Shown: positions 1-8,937 of the stretch, piece by piece
Layout of the letters: each line of letters opens with the position of its first letter
How positions within the stretch are numbered: position 1 is the first letter of the stretch
IMG/VR virus record: IMGVR_UViG_3300037067_026753
Direction: 5' to 3' (one strand)
Length of the DNA stretch: 64,000 bases
Source of the DNA: a virus
The notes under the pieces: generated by a model
Databases searched by the model: none
Seen by the model: the letters and a program-made list of their open reading frames with translations, nothing else
What the model was told of the DNA's origin: nothing
Program-made: the position numbers and the translations under genes

Positions 1-447
1 GACAAAAAGCCACCATTTGATAAATGACCATATAAACCCAATCAATATATACCCTAAAAGAAATAAAAATGATTTTGTAGGATTTTGAGCAATCCATCCA
101 AATACGTCTTTTCTAACTATAATTTGAAAAAATAAAAAATAAAGAACAATGTTGAAACCCGACCAAAAGACAAATTCTTTCTCCACACAGTAAAAAAGAA
201 GAATTATCCAGATTCCTGTAAATATAAAGAACCACACTGTACCCAAAGCAAAAATTGAAGCTAACCATGTAATCATTTGTGCTTCCTTTTTCTTTTCTCA
301 GATAAAATAATAAATAACCCAAGTAAGAACAAAAAACATATACTTGGTATTGAAAAATAATGGTAAAAAGAAATTCCATTTTTATGAATTGCAAGAATAG
401 CAAAAACAAGACACATCACAGAAAAAACACTTAAAGACCAGCCAAAT

Positions 448-1509
448 TTATTCACCAAACCACCTCGCATAAAGACGCCAGTATAAATCTGTTCTCATAA
501 AATCTACAAGATGTTCATTTAATGATTCTCTATATGGGCTATCTTGTTTTAAAGCAAACCCATAGGATTGTTTGTCAAACATTTCGCCTGCAATTTTACA
601 CCTTTTTTTCCCAGCATTACTCACATAATATTTTAAAGTAGGCATATCGAAAATAACAGCATCAACTTTATTATTTGCAAGCAAATCATATGCATCTTCG
701 ATTTTTTCTGTATATGTACCTATGCAACTCATTCCTTTGACATAAGCTTCTGCTGTTGTCCCTTTTTCCGTAGCAACTTTTTTCTCGATTAAATCTTGTA
801 CAGAATTTATAGCTGATTCCGTTTTTTCCGTAGTCAAAGCTGTATTCATAGAAGCAATAATGTACGGGAAAATAAACCCAATCCCGACTAGCATAACAAT
901 AATAGTGATAAATTTACCTATTGGAGTTTGTGGTGTTTTGTCTCCATAACCTACTGTTGTAATTGTAGTTATGATCCAATATAGCCCGTCACCTGCACCT
1001 TTAATTGGATTTTTATGAAATAGTCTACCCCGTTCTACAACCCATATGCCAATAATACCTAGAAGTAAAAAAACACCAAATATTTTAAAAGGAGTACCCA
1101 TTTGCTTGAAATAAAGAATCAAAACATTCAAGATATTTACTTCTTTATCTTTATTGACACAAATACTTAAACCGGAATTCAAATAAGGGTGTGAGAAATC
1201 AAATTTGGCTTCTCTTTCCCCAGTGATAGTAATTCCAGAAATTGCAGCATCATAAATACCATTTTGCATCCCATCTAAAAGTTCTGAGAAAGTAGCCGGT
1301 ATTTCATACTTAATATCTAATTTTGCTCTTTTTGCAATTTCCTCAAATACTTCAACGTCAAAGCCTGTCGGATTTTTCCCTTGTTCAAGAATAACACAAG
1401 GAGGAAAATCATAGACCGCAACTTTTAAAGTATCAGAAGAAACTGAAAAAGAGACAAGTAATATAAACAATACAACAAAACTCTTCATACTTGTCTCTAT
1501 TCCCTTCAT
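448..1509 (-). CDS. GluR0-like ligand-gated K+ channel: a periplasmic substrate-binding domain split around an M1-P-M2 pore
   Basis: Signal peptide (MKSFVVLFILLVSF). Two SBP_bac_3-like lobes flank two TM helices and a pore loop with the K+ selectivity filter TTVGYGD. This S1-M1-P-M2-S2 order is the prokaryotic iGluR (GluR0) architecture. Confidence 0.75.
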   Translation of the reverse strand: MKGIETSMKSFVVLFILLVSFSVSSDTLKVAVYDFPPCVILEQGKNPTGFDVEVFEEIAKRAKLDIKYEIPATFSELLDGMQNGIYDAAISGITITGEREAKFDFSHPYLNSGLSICVNKDKEVNILNVLILYFKQMGTPFKIFGVFLLLGIIGIWVVERGRLFHKNPIKGAGDGLYWIITTITTVGYGDKTPQTPIGKFITIIVMLVGIGFIFPYIIASMNTALTTEKTESAINSVQDLIEKKVATEKGTTAEAYVKGMSCIGTYTEKIEDAYDLLANNKVDAVIFDMPTLKYYVSNAGKKRCKIAGEMFDKQSYGFALKQDSPYRESLNEHLVDFMRTDLYWRLYARWFGE

Positions 1510-2312
1510 TAAGCAACTTTCTTTGCCGTCAACTTATTACGCATACATTTTTGCATATCAGCTGCGGCTTTGTCAATATTCCATAGATCATAATCGAGTA
1601 ACTTGATCATCTCTACAGGATCGATCCCCAGCATTGCAAAAGAATACAATATTGGGGACATTATTGTACCGATATCTTTGAGATAAAAATCGAGCGTCTG
1701 AACACCATAGAAATTCTTTTTAATATCTGTTTCCATAGTGCCTGATGCAATGAATCGAGCTGCACACCATGTTACATGATTCGTATGCAACAAATACCGC
1801 ATTTCCTCCGAGTTTGCAGAACGCATTGCAGCTCCCAGCATTTCAGCGACATCTTTCTCTGTAAAAATCGGGTCTTTTACGCTTAAAAATGCGCAAATTG
1901 CTTTTGCGAGAGCAAGTGTCGGAAGTTCATTGGCCTGTCTCCGCGCAATGGAAAGTTGTTCATAAGGGCGAAAAAACGGATTGAATACTTTATCATCTGG
2001 TTTGGCCTTTGATGAAATCCCCAGTTCGACCATAGCTTCGGAGGAAAGATCTTTCACAAACACAGGATTCTGTTCTTCACCTGTGAATGTATATTCAGTC
2101 ATTTCGCTCCCGCCATACATTATTTTGAGTGTTTTTCCAACAGGGAAAAACCCACAAAATGGATGGTCAGCTTTGTCAACAAGAACTTGACAACCACGGA
2201 GCCAAAGCTCATGGCCTAATTTTGCAGGTACATGCACATTTTCGAGTAAATGTATGTAGAAAGCCTGCCCGCTTCCAGGGATGCTTGATGCACTTTCAAT
2301 TGGATAACGCAC
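1509..2312 (-). CDS. hypothetical protein (267 aa)
   Basis: Long intact ORF with ATGA start/stop overlap with the channel gene. No motif recognised. Confidence 0.5.
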   Translation of the reverse strand: MRYPIESASSIPGSGQAFYIHLLENVHVPAKLGHELWLRGCQVLVDKADHPFCGFFPVGKTLKIMYGGSEMTEYTFTGEEQNPVFVKDLSSEAMVELGISSKAKPDDKVFNPFFRPYEQLSIARRQANELPTLALAKAICAFLSVKDPIFTEKDVAEMLGAAMRSANSEEMRYLLHTNHVTWCAARFIASGTMETDIKKNFYGVQTLDFYLKDIGTIMSPILYSFAMLGIDPVEMIKLLDYDLWNIDKAAADMQKCMRNKLTAKKVA

Positions 2313-2324
2313 ACAACCTCCTTT

Positions 2325-2368
2325 TAATTTTGCTTAAAAGTAAAGGGACTCCCATTTCCGAGTCCCCT
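2325..2368 (-). terminator. intrinsic terminator downstream of the PspA-like gene
   Basis: Minus-strand hairpin GGGGACTC-GGAAATGG-GAGTCCC followed by TTTACTTTT. Confidence 0.5.
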
Positions 2369-2382
2369 ACCCGTTATCTCTA

Positions 2383-3066
2383 TTAAGTAGACGTAGACTT
2401 CAAACGAGCCATACGAGCTGAAACACCTGATGTTCCGAGCGCCTGTCTCGTTTGATTTTCAAGTGATTCAGAAGTACCTGATTCTTTCATTGTCTGACTT
2501 TTAATCAGACGTTTCCTTGCTTCTTCTTTTCGAGTATTAAATGAAGAAAGCGCCGATGCTCCGGAATTTGAAGTGATTGTTGCAAGTTTCTCATTAGCTG
2601 AAGCCGCATCAGTCATTGCTTTGAGCGTAACAAGATCCGTTTCAGCCTGCTGCAAGGCGTTTTCAAGATCACGTCGAGTCGCCTGCTGTTCTTCGAGCAA
2701 CCCTCGCTGTACCTTGAGCGCCTCTTCAATTGAAGTCACCTGCTTCTCGAGACTCTCGGCAGCCAGGCAATGTTGCTCAGCAAGTTGCTCATTTTTTGCA
2801 GCCATAAGAGCTTTGGCATCGTCGTCATGTTTTTTAATTTGGTTTTCAAAATCATGCTTCTTGTCTTCAAGAATCGCAATTTCGCCTTTGATTGATCCGA
2901 TATTTCCCTTGACCTTATCAATATCACTGCGTAACTGAGCAAGATCTTGTTTGCCGAAATCGACAGCATGTTCTGCTGCAATCCCATCTGCTGCTTTCTG
3001 AGCTCTTGCATCAGCAACTTTTCCGATGTTTGTAAACAGACTGAAAAAACCGCCACCTTTTCCCAT
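2383..3066 (-). CDS. PspA/IM30-family coiled-coil protein (phage-shock protein A-like)
   Basis: N-terminus MGKGGGFFSLFTNIGKV resembles PspA MGIFSRFADIV. Long heptad-rich helical sequence with a charged, Q/E-rich C-terminus. Confidence 0.6.
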   Translation of the reverse strand: MGKGGGFFSLFTNIGKVADARAQKAADGIAAEHAVDFGKQDLAQLRSDIDKVKGNIGSIKGEIAILEDKKHDFENQIKKHDDDAKALMAAKNEQLAEQHCLAAESLEKQVTSIEEALKVQRGLLEEQQATRRDLENALQQAETDLVTLKAMTDAASANEKLATITSNSGASALSSFNTRKEEARKRLIKSQTMKESGTSESLENQTRQALGTSGVSARMARLKSTST

Positions 3067-3081
3067 ACTCTCACCTTCTTT

Positions 3082-3486
3082 CTATTCGACAATTGTTGAA
3101 ATTTTTTCGACGCCTTGTTTAACCATACCGAGCGTCCAACCGAGAGCAGCCTCAAGCTCATTGAGATCGAGATTTGCGATTTCAAGATTTTCCTTGAAGT
3201 AGACTTTTTTGCCATCCGAAGAGAATTTACCATGAACTGCCTGATGATTGAGTTCAAGCAGGTATTTGAACAGCAAAAACTGTTTTGATTCATCTTCAGG
3301 CACATCACAGATTTCTGATGCAATGCACACTAAAGTCGGTTCGACATCAATAAGACAGGAAAAACCTTCAGGTCCCCTGACTTCGAAAATATCTTCTCGA
3401 GTCTGGTTGTAGGCAATTCCTTCGATGTCGCACAACATTCCCAGAACAATAGAAGCATTCTGGATTTCAATTGTTGACACTGTCAT
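3082..3486 (-). CDS. small cytoplasmic protein, tentatively YbjN-like
   Basis: 134 aa, acidic, in an operon with the PspA-like gene. The family call rests on size and composition only. Confidence 0.4.
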   Translation of the reverse strand: MTVSTIEIQNASIVLGMLCDIEGIAYNQTREDIFEVRGPEGFSCLIDVEPTLVCIASEICDVPEDESKQFLLFKYLLELNHQAVHGKFSSDGKKVYFKENLEIANLDLNELEAALGWTLGMVKQGVEKISTIVE

Positions 3487-3501
3487 ACTTCACCCTTTCA
3501 T

Positions 3502-4095
3502 TTAATGATTGTGTAACAACTCAACATCATCAACACGTACTTCACATCCGTACCACACTTCAATGAACCCCCCAAGCTTATTGCCTGTCCATTCAATAAA
3601 ACAATGAGGATTACCACGAGAATCATCAGCTGTAAAATATTCAGCAATAGTTTTCGGGTCGCTCTCACCGGATTGTGTCGACTTTGTTTCAATCCCAAAC
3701 TTGCTATCACCTTGACGATCCCACGTGACTTCTACATCATCTTCACCGAAATGAAGAGTTGCATTGAACCGATCAATCAGATCATCCTTGAGTGCATCAA
3801 ACAATGGGACAAAATCTTCAGATGGACCACTTGAATCCATATAAAAAACCCGAAGATCAAAATTTGCCCCGATTTGTCTGACCATAAGCATGATTGTTTG
3901 TTCATCACCGACAGATGGTTTATAAGAAGCAAAATAGCAGGTATAGGTAAAATAACTGCTTGGTTCTTTATAAGTTCTGACCTCAGTGATTATAAAATCG
4001 ACACTTAACATATTAAATTCAGTTTGGGTTTGAAGATCGCTTAAAGTAACAATGTCGTTTTTCCCAAACCCAAGATACTCTTTAATAGTTTTCAT
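3502..4095 (-). CDS. hypothetical protein; start taken at the internal MKTIKEY
   Basis: ATGA overlap with the upstream gene at 4092-4095. No motif. Confidence 0.45.
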   Translation of the reverse strand: MKTIKEYLGFGKNDIVTLSDLQTQTEFNMLSVDFIITEVRTYKEPSSYFTYTCYFASYKPSVGDEQTIMLMVRQIGANFDLRVFYMDSSGPSEDFVPLFDALKDDLIDRFNATLHFGEDDVEVTWDRQGDSKFGIETKSTQSGESDPKTIAEYFTADDSRGNPHCFIEWTGNKLGGFIEVWYGCEVRVDDVELLHNH

Positions 4096-4862
4096 GAGAA
4101 CTTCTTTCTTAAGAAGATAGCAGCACAAACAATCACACCAATGATTACCAAGAATGTAATCAGAACAGCAGTTCCTGACACTGGTGTATGTCGAATTGGT
4201 TTTCCATAGTTATCCCACTCACCATAACCATGGTGTGCCATCGTCATGTTGTCAGCAATCATATCAGCTGCAACAAGTGCCACAAGCATATTTGTGGTTG
4301 GATCGACACGACCATATCCATAACCACCTCCTGGCAGTTGTCCATAGGTTACTGGTACTGAAGAACCATTATATACAACAGTCTTCGGTATATAGTCAGG
4401 TGTCGTTGTAGGAGCAGTCGGAGTCGTAAATTTATTTGCATTAGCCATTTTTTGACGATATGCAGTTTCAGCTGAAGCTTTAGTGCCGTACGTTTTTATT
4501 GCCGTCGTATTTTTTTGCGCCATAGTTTTTCGAGTTTGTCTGTCGAGTGTACTTGTCGAAACAGCTCTGGGTTTCGTAGATTTCGAAGTACCTGATGAAG
4601 AAAAAGATGAGCCCGAATTTTTACGTGAACCTATAGATGAAGATGTTGGTGCCGTAGCTTTTTTTGTTGTCCCTGAACTGCTTCTGAATGTTGAACCGCT
4701 GTTTGACCTTGATGGGCTCGAGCTTGAACTTCTGAAACTCGAGCCTGACGATCTAGAACTGCTACTGCTCCTTGATGAACTGGTCGATCCACGAGCAATA
4801 ATATCAGAAACACCTATGAGTACTGACAAACAAAGCACAAAATGAAAAGGTGCTATTTTCAT
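4092..4862 (-). CDS. Ser/Arg-rich low-complexity secreted protein with a C-terminal TM anchor
   Basis: N-terminal signal peptide, about 80 aa of S/R/T low complexity (SSRSSSSSRSSGSS...) and a C-terminal hydrophobic helix. It is the first gene of the PspA operon. Confidence 0.5.
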   Translation of the reverse strand: MKIAPFHFVLCLSVLIGVSDIIARGSTSSSRSSSSSRSSGSSFRSSSSSPSRSNSGSTFRSSSGTTKKATAPTSSSIGSRKNSGSSFSSSGTSKSTKPRAVSTSTLDRQTRKTMAQKNTTAIKTYGTKASAETAYRQKMANANKFTTPTAPTTTPDYIPKTVVYNGSSVPVTYGQLPGGGYGYGRVDPTTNMLVALVAADMIADNMTMAHHGYGEWDNYGKPIRHTPVSGTAVLITFLVIIGVIVCAAIFLRKKFS

Positions 4863-4991
4863 TCTGAACTCCTTTCTTTTAATTTGAATTAATAATGCAC
4901 ATACTTTCTAACGACTTACTTTAATTTATATCTAAAAAAACTACAAGGGCTAATTTTGTTTTCAGTATAATTATTTAGAATAGAGCAACTT

Positions 4992-5498
4992 ATGGACGAT
5001 TTAGTTCAAATAAAGTTTGAAAAATTTTGTGGACAGATCAAAAAATCAAAATTGTCCCATTCTATTATTAGAACAAAAATAGAACAATGTGACAAAAGTC
5101 TATCTATATGGAAAGAGAAACTTAATGACTTAGAAAAAACTTTAGGTATTGGAACAGCATATTGGGGTATTATTTCTTTAGAAAGCAAATTTAGCAATTA
5201 TTGTAGACTTTGTATAGAAGTAAAAGATGATGGTTTCCATTTAGAGTTTCTCAAAGGTTCACCCTTTGATAGTTTTTTAAAAACAGTACAATGTTTTGAA
5301 GAGGATGAAGTTATTTGTTATAATGGGGATGACAGTCTAATAAAATTAGCAATTAAATATAGAAAAAAAGGACTTTTAAAACCTTTTGAGAAAAACCAAG
5401 ATTTTATAGATAAATATTTCTATAATTACATGCATATTATGAAACGTGAATTAATATTAAGATTTTACAACTTTTTAATTGAGCAATATAATGAATAA
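4992..5498 (+). CDS. hypothetical protein
   Basis: Intact 168-aa ORF whose stop overlaps the next gene's start. No motif. Confidence 0.45.
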   Translation: MDDLVQIKFEKFCGQIKKSKLSHSIIRTKIEQCDKSLSIWKEKLNDLEKTLGIGTAYWGIISLESKFSNYCRLCIEVKDDGFHLEFLKGSPFDSFLKTVQCFEEDEVICYNGDDSLIKLAIKYRKKGLLKPFEKNQDFIDKYFYNYMHIMKRELILRFYNFLIEQYNE

Positions 5499-6021
5499 AC
5501 TAATTTTCCCCCTTCAATTTGCTTTTATTATGTGGCTTGTGTTTTTTATTGATGCTCTTATTATACCTATAAATTTTAATAAATATGGCATTCTACCAAG
5601 ACATATAGAAGGTCTTATAGGAATTCTTCTTATGCCCTTTCTTCATGCAAATTTGTTTCATCTTATTAGCAATACAATACCCATTATTATTTTACTTTGT
5701 ATTGTTTCATTCTTCTTTTCAAAAAATTTAGAAATTGTAACAAGTATTTCCACTTTAGGCGGATTCTTTCTATGGCTTGTAGGTCGTAATTCTTACCATG
5801 TTGGTGCAAGCCTTTTAATCTTCGGTCTTGCAAGTTTCATTATATTCTTTGGAATCTTTAAAAAACAATTTTTTCCTTTAATTCTTTCAATTTTAATTTG
5901 TATAACTTACGGGACATCTCTACTTATTGGGCTCCTGCCTATTTTCCCGGGTGTTTCATGGGAGGCACATTTATGTGGTACTGTTGCTGGATTCATAACA
6001 GCAAAACAATTGGCAAAATAA
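5479..6021 (+). CDS. rhomboid-family intramembrane serine protease
   Basis: Six predicted TM helices. Catalytic-type motifs HVGASLLIFGL (GxSx) and AHLCGTVAGF (AHxxG). Confidence 0.65.
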   Translation: MSNIMNKLIFPLQFAFIMWLVFFIDALIIPINFNKYGILPRHIEGLIGILLMPFLHANLFHLISNTIPIIILLCIVSFFFSKNLEIVTSISTLGGFFLWLVGRNSYHVGASLLIFGLASFIIFFGIFKKQFFPLILSILICITYGTSLLIGLLPIFPGVSWEAHLCGTVAGFITAKQLAK

Positions 6022-6046
6022 AAATAATGAAGGATATTATATAAAT

Positions 6047-6526
6047 ATGAGTGATATTACTGTCTATTTAACTACAACAAAATGGACAATTGCAACAGAT
6101 CATCCAAATCATGATTTTTTTGTAAAAAAAGATGTCCCTGTCTGTTGTGCTGCAATGATAATTGCTTCATTTGGATTCTCTCCCCATGAACTTGAAACAA
6201 TCGAATTCCGTTGGGCAAAAATCATGAAAGAAATGGCAAAACTGGTTTTAATTGACTCAAATAAAAAAACTGTTTATATTGGAGAAGAGAGTGAAAATTC
6301 AGGTTTAATCGAATACACAGAACAAACTGGTAGCGAATACAGTAAACATTTTTTTGAACGCTGGGATCAAACACAAACTCTTATGCTAGAATTCATAATT
6401 TATGACAAAAATAACAAACCAATCACTTGTTTAAAAGGCCTCTGGGACATAAACCATTGGGATTATCTTGATTTTTTTCCAACAAATAATATTCAAATTG
6501 TTAGTCCTTCTCATAATTCAAAATGA
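6047..6526 (+). CDS. hypothetical protein
   Basis: Intact ORF overlapping the GNAT gene start. Confidence 0.45.
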   Translation: MSDITVYLTTTKWTIATDHPNHDFFVKKDVPVCCAAMIIASFGFSPHELETIEFRWAKIMKEMAKLVLIDSNKKTVYIGEESENSGLIEYTEQTGSEYSKHFFERWDQTQTLMLEFIIYDKNNKPITCLKGLWDINHWDYLDFFPTNNIQIVSPSHNSK

Positions 6527-6912
6527 ATTTAGATTTGGGCAAAATATCTGTCAGTGTTTCTGATACATGTATTTCTATTTATTGGGTAGAAAATCTTGGA
6601 CATAATGCATGTGTAGAATCTGATCAGATTATCCCAAATCATTGGATGATTACTAGAGCTCTTGTTAGACCTGATGGTTATAGAAACCAGGGTCTTGGTT
6701 CTCATTTATTGAAAATTTTAATCGAAGAAATAAAAAAGAAAAAAGGAAAAAGTATTCTTGTTACTCCAGGTGGTTATGATGGAGAAACAGAAAAACAATT
6801 TCGCTTTTATGAAAAAAATGGGTTTATTACTCCCAAACAAGATCAAATTCCTGCTGTTTTTGACATAACAAAACAAGAACATTTAAATCAAACAAGAATC
6901 TTTTTATTATAA
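6523..6912 (+). CDS. GNAT-family N-acetyltransferase
   Basis: Acetyl-CoA binding motif A: RPDGYRNQGLGSHLLKILIEE ... FYEKNGF. Confidence 0.6.
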   Translation: MNLDLGKISVSVSDTCISIYWVENLGHNACVESDQIIPNHWMITRALVRPDGYRNQGLGSHLLKILIEEIKKKKGKSILVTPGGYDGETEKQFRFYEKNGFITPKQDQIPAVFDITKQEHLNQTRIFLL

Positions 6913-6985
6913 TGCCCTTACCCAGATTCGAACTGAGATAGACACCGTTTTAGAGACGGCCGCTTTACCATTAAGCCATAAGGGC
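6913..6985 (-). tRNA. tRNA with anticodon CUA (amber suppressor-type; amino-acid identity not determined)
   Basis: Minus-strand 73-nt cloverleaf read by eye. Acceptor GCCCTTA/TAAGGGC with discriminator A. U8. D-stem GCTT/AAGC with loop AATGGTA carrying GG. Anticodon stem GCCGT/ACGGT and loop CTCTAAA with U33 and A37, giving anticodon CUA. T-stem CTCAG/CTGGG with a canonical TTCGAAT loop. The variable region is 6 nt, which is slightly unusual. Confidence 0.65.
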
Positions 6986-6986
6986 T

Positions 6987-7292
6987 TTATGCTGTTTTTA
7001 ATTCCTTAAAAATAATTCCATCGTCATAACATGCAATTGCAGTTAATTGGCCTTCAAGATCAGGTTCGTGAAAACTCCTATGGATTTTCCCAGATTCAGA
7101 TACTTTTGCGTGCCATGCTTTCAGTTCAAGCAAGTTACGAACTTTGAGAAAGACAATTGTTGAATTTCCCCAAATTTTGAATTGTTCAGGGAAATCAAGC
7201 GCGTATTGCGCAAGGGCATGACTGCCCTGCACAATACGATATGTCTCAGAAAGATCAGCACGCACTAACACATACATTTTCAGTGTAGGCAT
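6987..7292 (-). CDS. PTH2-type peptidyl-tRNA hydrolase (archaeal/eukaryotic type)
   Basis: KMYVLVRADLSETYRIVQGSHALAQYAL matches the PTH2 core (…VVRTDL…QCSHA…). Start placed at the internal MPTLKM. Confidence 0.55.
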   Translation of the reverse strand: MPTLKMYVLVRADLSETYRIVQGSHALAQYALDFPEQFKIWGNSTIVFLKVRNLLELKAWHAKVSESGKIHRSFHEPDLEGQLTAIACYDDGIIFKELKTA

Positions 7293-7554
7293 TTTTGATC
7301 TCCTGGACTTTGGCCATATCAGGTTTATTATTTTCAGCACAACATTTTTCAATTTGTTCATAAGTCTTTCCTTTCAAAAGACTGTAAGCTATATGATGTA
7401 AACGATAATCTTTTGCCAAATATTTTAATTGTTTAAAATAACCTCCGTCAGCACCACTATTACTTTTTTGATAAAGTTTGAGTTCTGCTGTCAGAGTTCT
7501 TATGATTGCAGCTTGTTCTTTTAAATAATTTTTGAGATTTAATATCTTTGACAT
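7255..7554 (-). CDS. hypothetical protein
   Basis: 99-aa ORF. Its 3' end would overlap the PTH2 start, so the call is uncertain. Confidence 0.3.
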   Translation of the reverse strand: MSKILNLKNYLKEQAAIIRTLTAELKLYQKSNSGADGGYFKQLKYLAKDYRLHHIAYSLLKGKTYEQIEKCCAENNKPDMAKVQEIKNAYTENVCVSAC

Positions 7555-7854
7555 TGCTAGTCTCCTGTTTATTATTGTTTTGAGTTCTGTTTGAAGATAC
7601 AGTTACAATAAAAACGGGAGACTTACAGAGGTTTAAAAACTCTTACCTATATAAAACCAATAATCTACTGCATTTTTGTCTCTTTTTAAAAGTTTATATT
7701 TGCTTTCCTTTTAAATATAATCTAAAAATTTCAAAAAGGAAACAAAAATATGATCGAGTCACTAAAACTTTCAAATCGTAAAAAGCAGATAAGCACGAAT
7801 TCATGAAAAGACCATATTGGCAAAATAAAAATGCTATTGTGATTTATTAATAAT

Positions 7855-8100
7855 ATGCTTAAAATTTCAAGGCCTAATAAAGAAAATAAGTCTAAGATAA
7901 TTTCATTACGGCTGAAACCTAATCAGATGAAGGACGTTTTAAAATTAAAAGGCGACCTTAAGTTTGAGACTGTTACAGACTTAATGTGTTATTCTTTAGA
8001 TATTTTTAAACGCTTACATGAATGGAAATTATTAAACTATCATTTTTATATTGCTAATCCAGAAAATAAAAATTACAAAGAGGTCGAACTTGAATTATGA
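7855..8100 (+). CDS. hypothetical protein; first gene of a translationally coupled operon
   Basis: ATGA overlap with the next ORF. Confidence 0.45.
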   Translation: MLKISRPNKENKSKIISLRLKPNQMKDVLKLKGDLKFETVTDLMCYSLDIFKRLHEWKLLNYHFYIANPENKNYKEVELEL

Positions 8101-8420
8101 AAACTATTACTATTACAATAGAAGCTTCAAGTCCACAAGACACGCATAAATGCACTGTCGACCCTTCTGTCGTTGTCAATCCCCCTGCAATTCAATACTT
8201 CAAAGGTATCGAATATGCTTTATTCGGTAAAAAACAACCAAGAGACGACCGTAAAACAGAAATTATAAAACATATAGTAACATGTTTGTCTTCAAAAGAT
8301 TACCCAAATCCTCCAATTTGTTCTGAACGTAAAGCAAGAAAACTAGCAAATGAACATGTCGGTTCTTTGCTTGAAAAATTGAAACATACAACAAAAACAA
8401 CTACGAGAGTAAATGTTTGA
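8097..8420 (+). CDS. hypothetical protein
   Basis: Coupled starts and stops on both sides. Confidence 0.45.
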   Translation: MKTITITIEASSPQDTHKCTVDPSVVVNPPAIQYFKGIEYALFGKKQPRDDRKTEIIKHIVTCLSSKDYPNPPICSERKARKLANEHVGSLLEKLKHTTKTTTRVNV

Positions 8421-8664
8421 AACCCTTGAATGCGTTCAATGCGGCTTTTGTTGCACGCTTGGTCCTTGTCCCTTTGGTGATTGGAACCCTATCACTCACC
8501 AGTGTAATTATTTAACCGTCAATAATAAATGTTCGAAATATGATGAAATCAAACAAAATCCATTTTCTAATTTCTCGCCAGCATTTGATACTGGCTGTTC
8601 ATCAACAATTGGAAATATTAGAAGAAAAAATAAAATAAGAGAGTTACTATGCTCTCAGAAATAA
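8413..8664 (+). CDS. YkgJ-type CxxCxxCC metal-cluster protein
   Basis: CVQCGFCC motif (CxxCGxCC) plus additional Cys residues. Confidence 0.5.
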   Translation: MFETLECVQCGFCCTLGPCPFGDWNPITHQCNYLTVNNKCSKYDEIKQNPFSNFSPAFDTGCSSTIGNIRRKNKIRELLCSQK

Positions 8665-8936
8665 CGACCTGTTCAATTTGCAGGAGAGAAACACCAGAAA
8701 AATTTTTAGAAAAACACCATCTGACTCCTGCTTCAAAAGGTGGTAAAGGCGGAAAAACAATTCTAGTATGCATTGATTGTGGAAATCAAATCCATTTGCT
8801 TTTCACAAATAATGAGTTAAGAGATTCCTACAATACTCTCGAAAAACTACTTGAACATCCTAAGATAAAAACTTGGATCAAATGGATTCGAAAACAAAAA
8901 TTCGGTGTATGTATGAAGGAGAAGAAAAAGAAATAA
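8649..8936 (+). CDS. small HNH endonuclease
   Basis: CSIC...EKHHLTPASKGGKGGKTILVCIDCGNQIH matches the HNH pattern (HH..P..GG..N..LC..CH) with a zinc-binding Cys pair. Confidence 0.55.
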   Translation: MLSEITTCSICRRETPEKFLEKHHLTPASKGGKGGKTILVCIDCGNQIHLLFTNNELRDSYNTLEKLLEHPKIKTWIKWIRKQKFGVCMKEKKKK

Positions 8937-8937
8937 A

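Noticed and set aside
113-470. Hydrophobic ORFs 113..409 and 273..470 at the window start
   Set aside because: They overlap each other out of frame in a 25% GC region with no SD. They are possibly part of a membrane-protein gene running off the window, but this cannot be supported.
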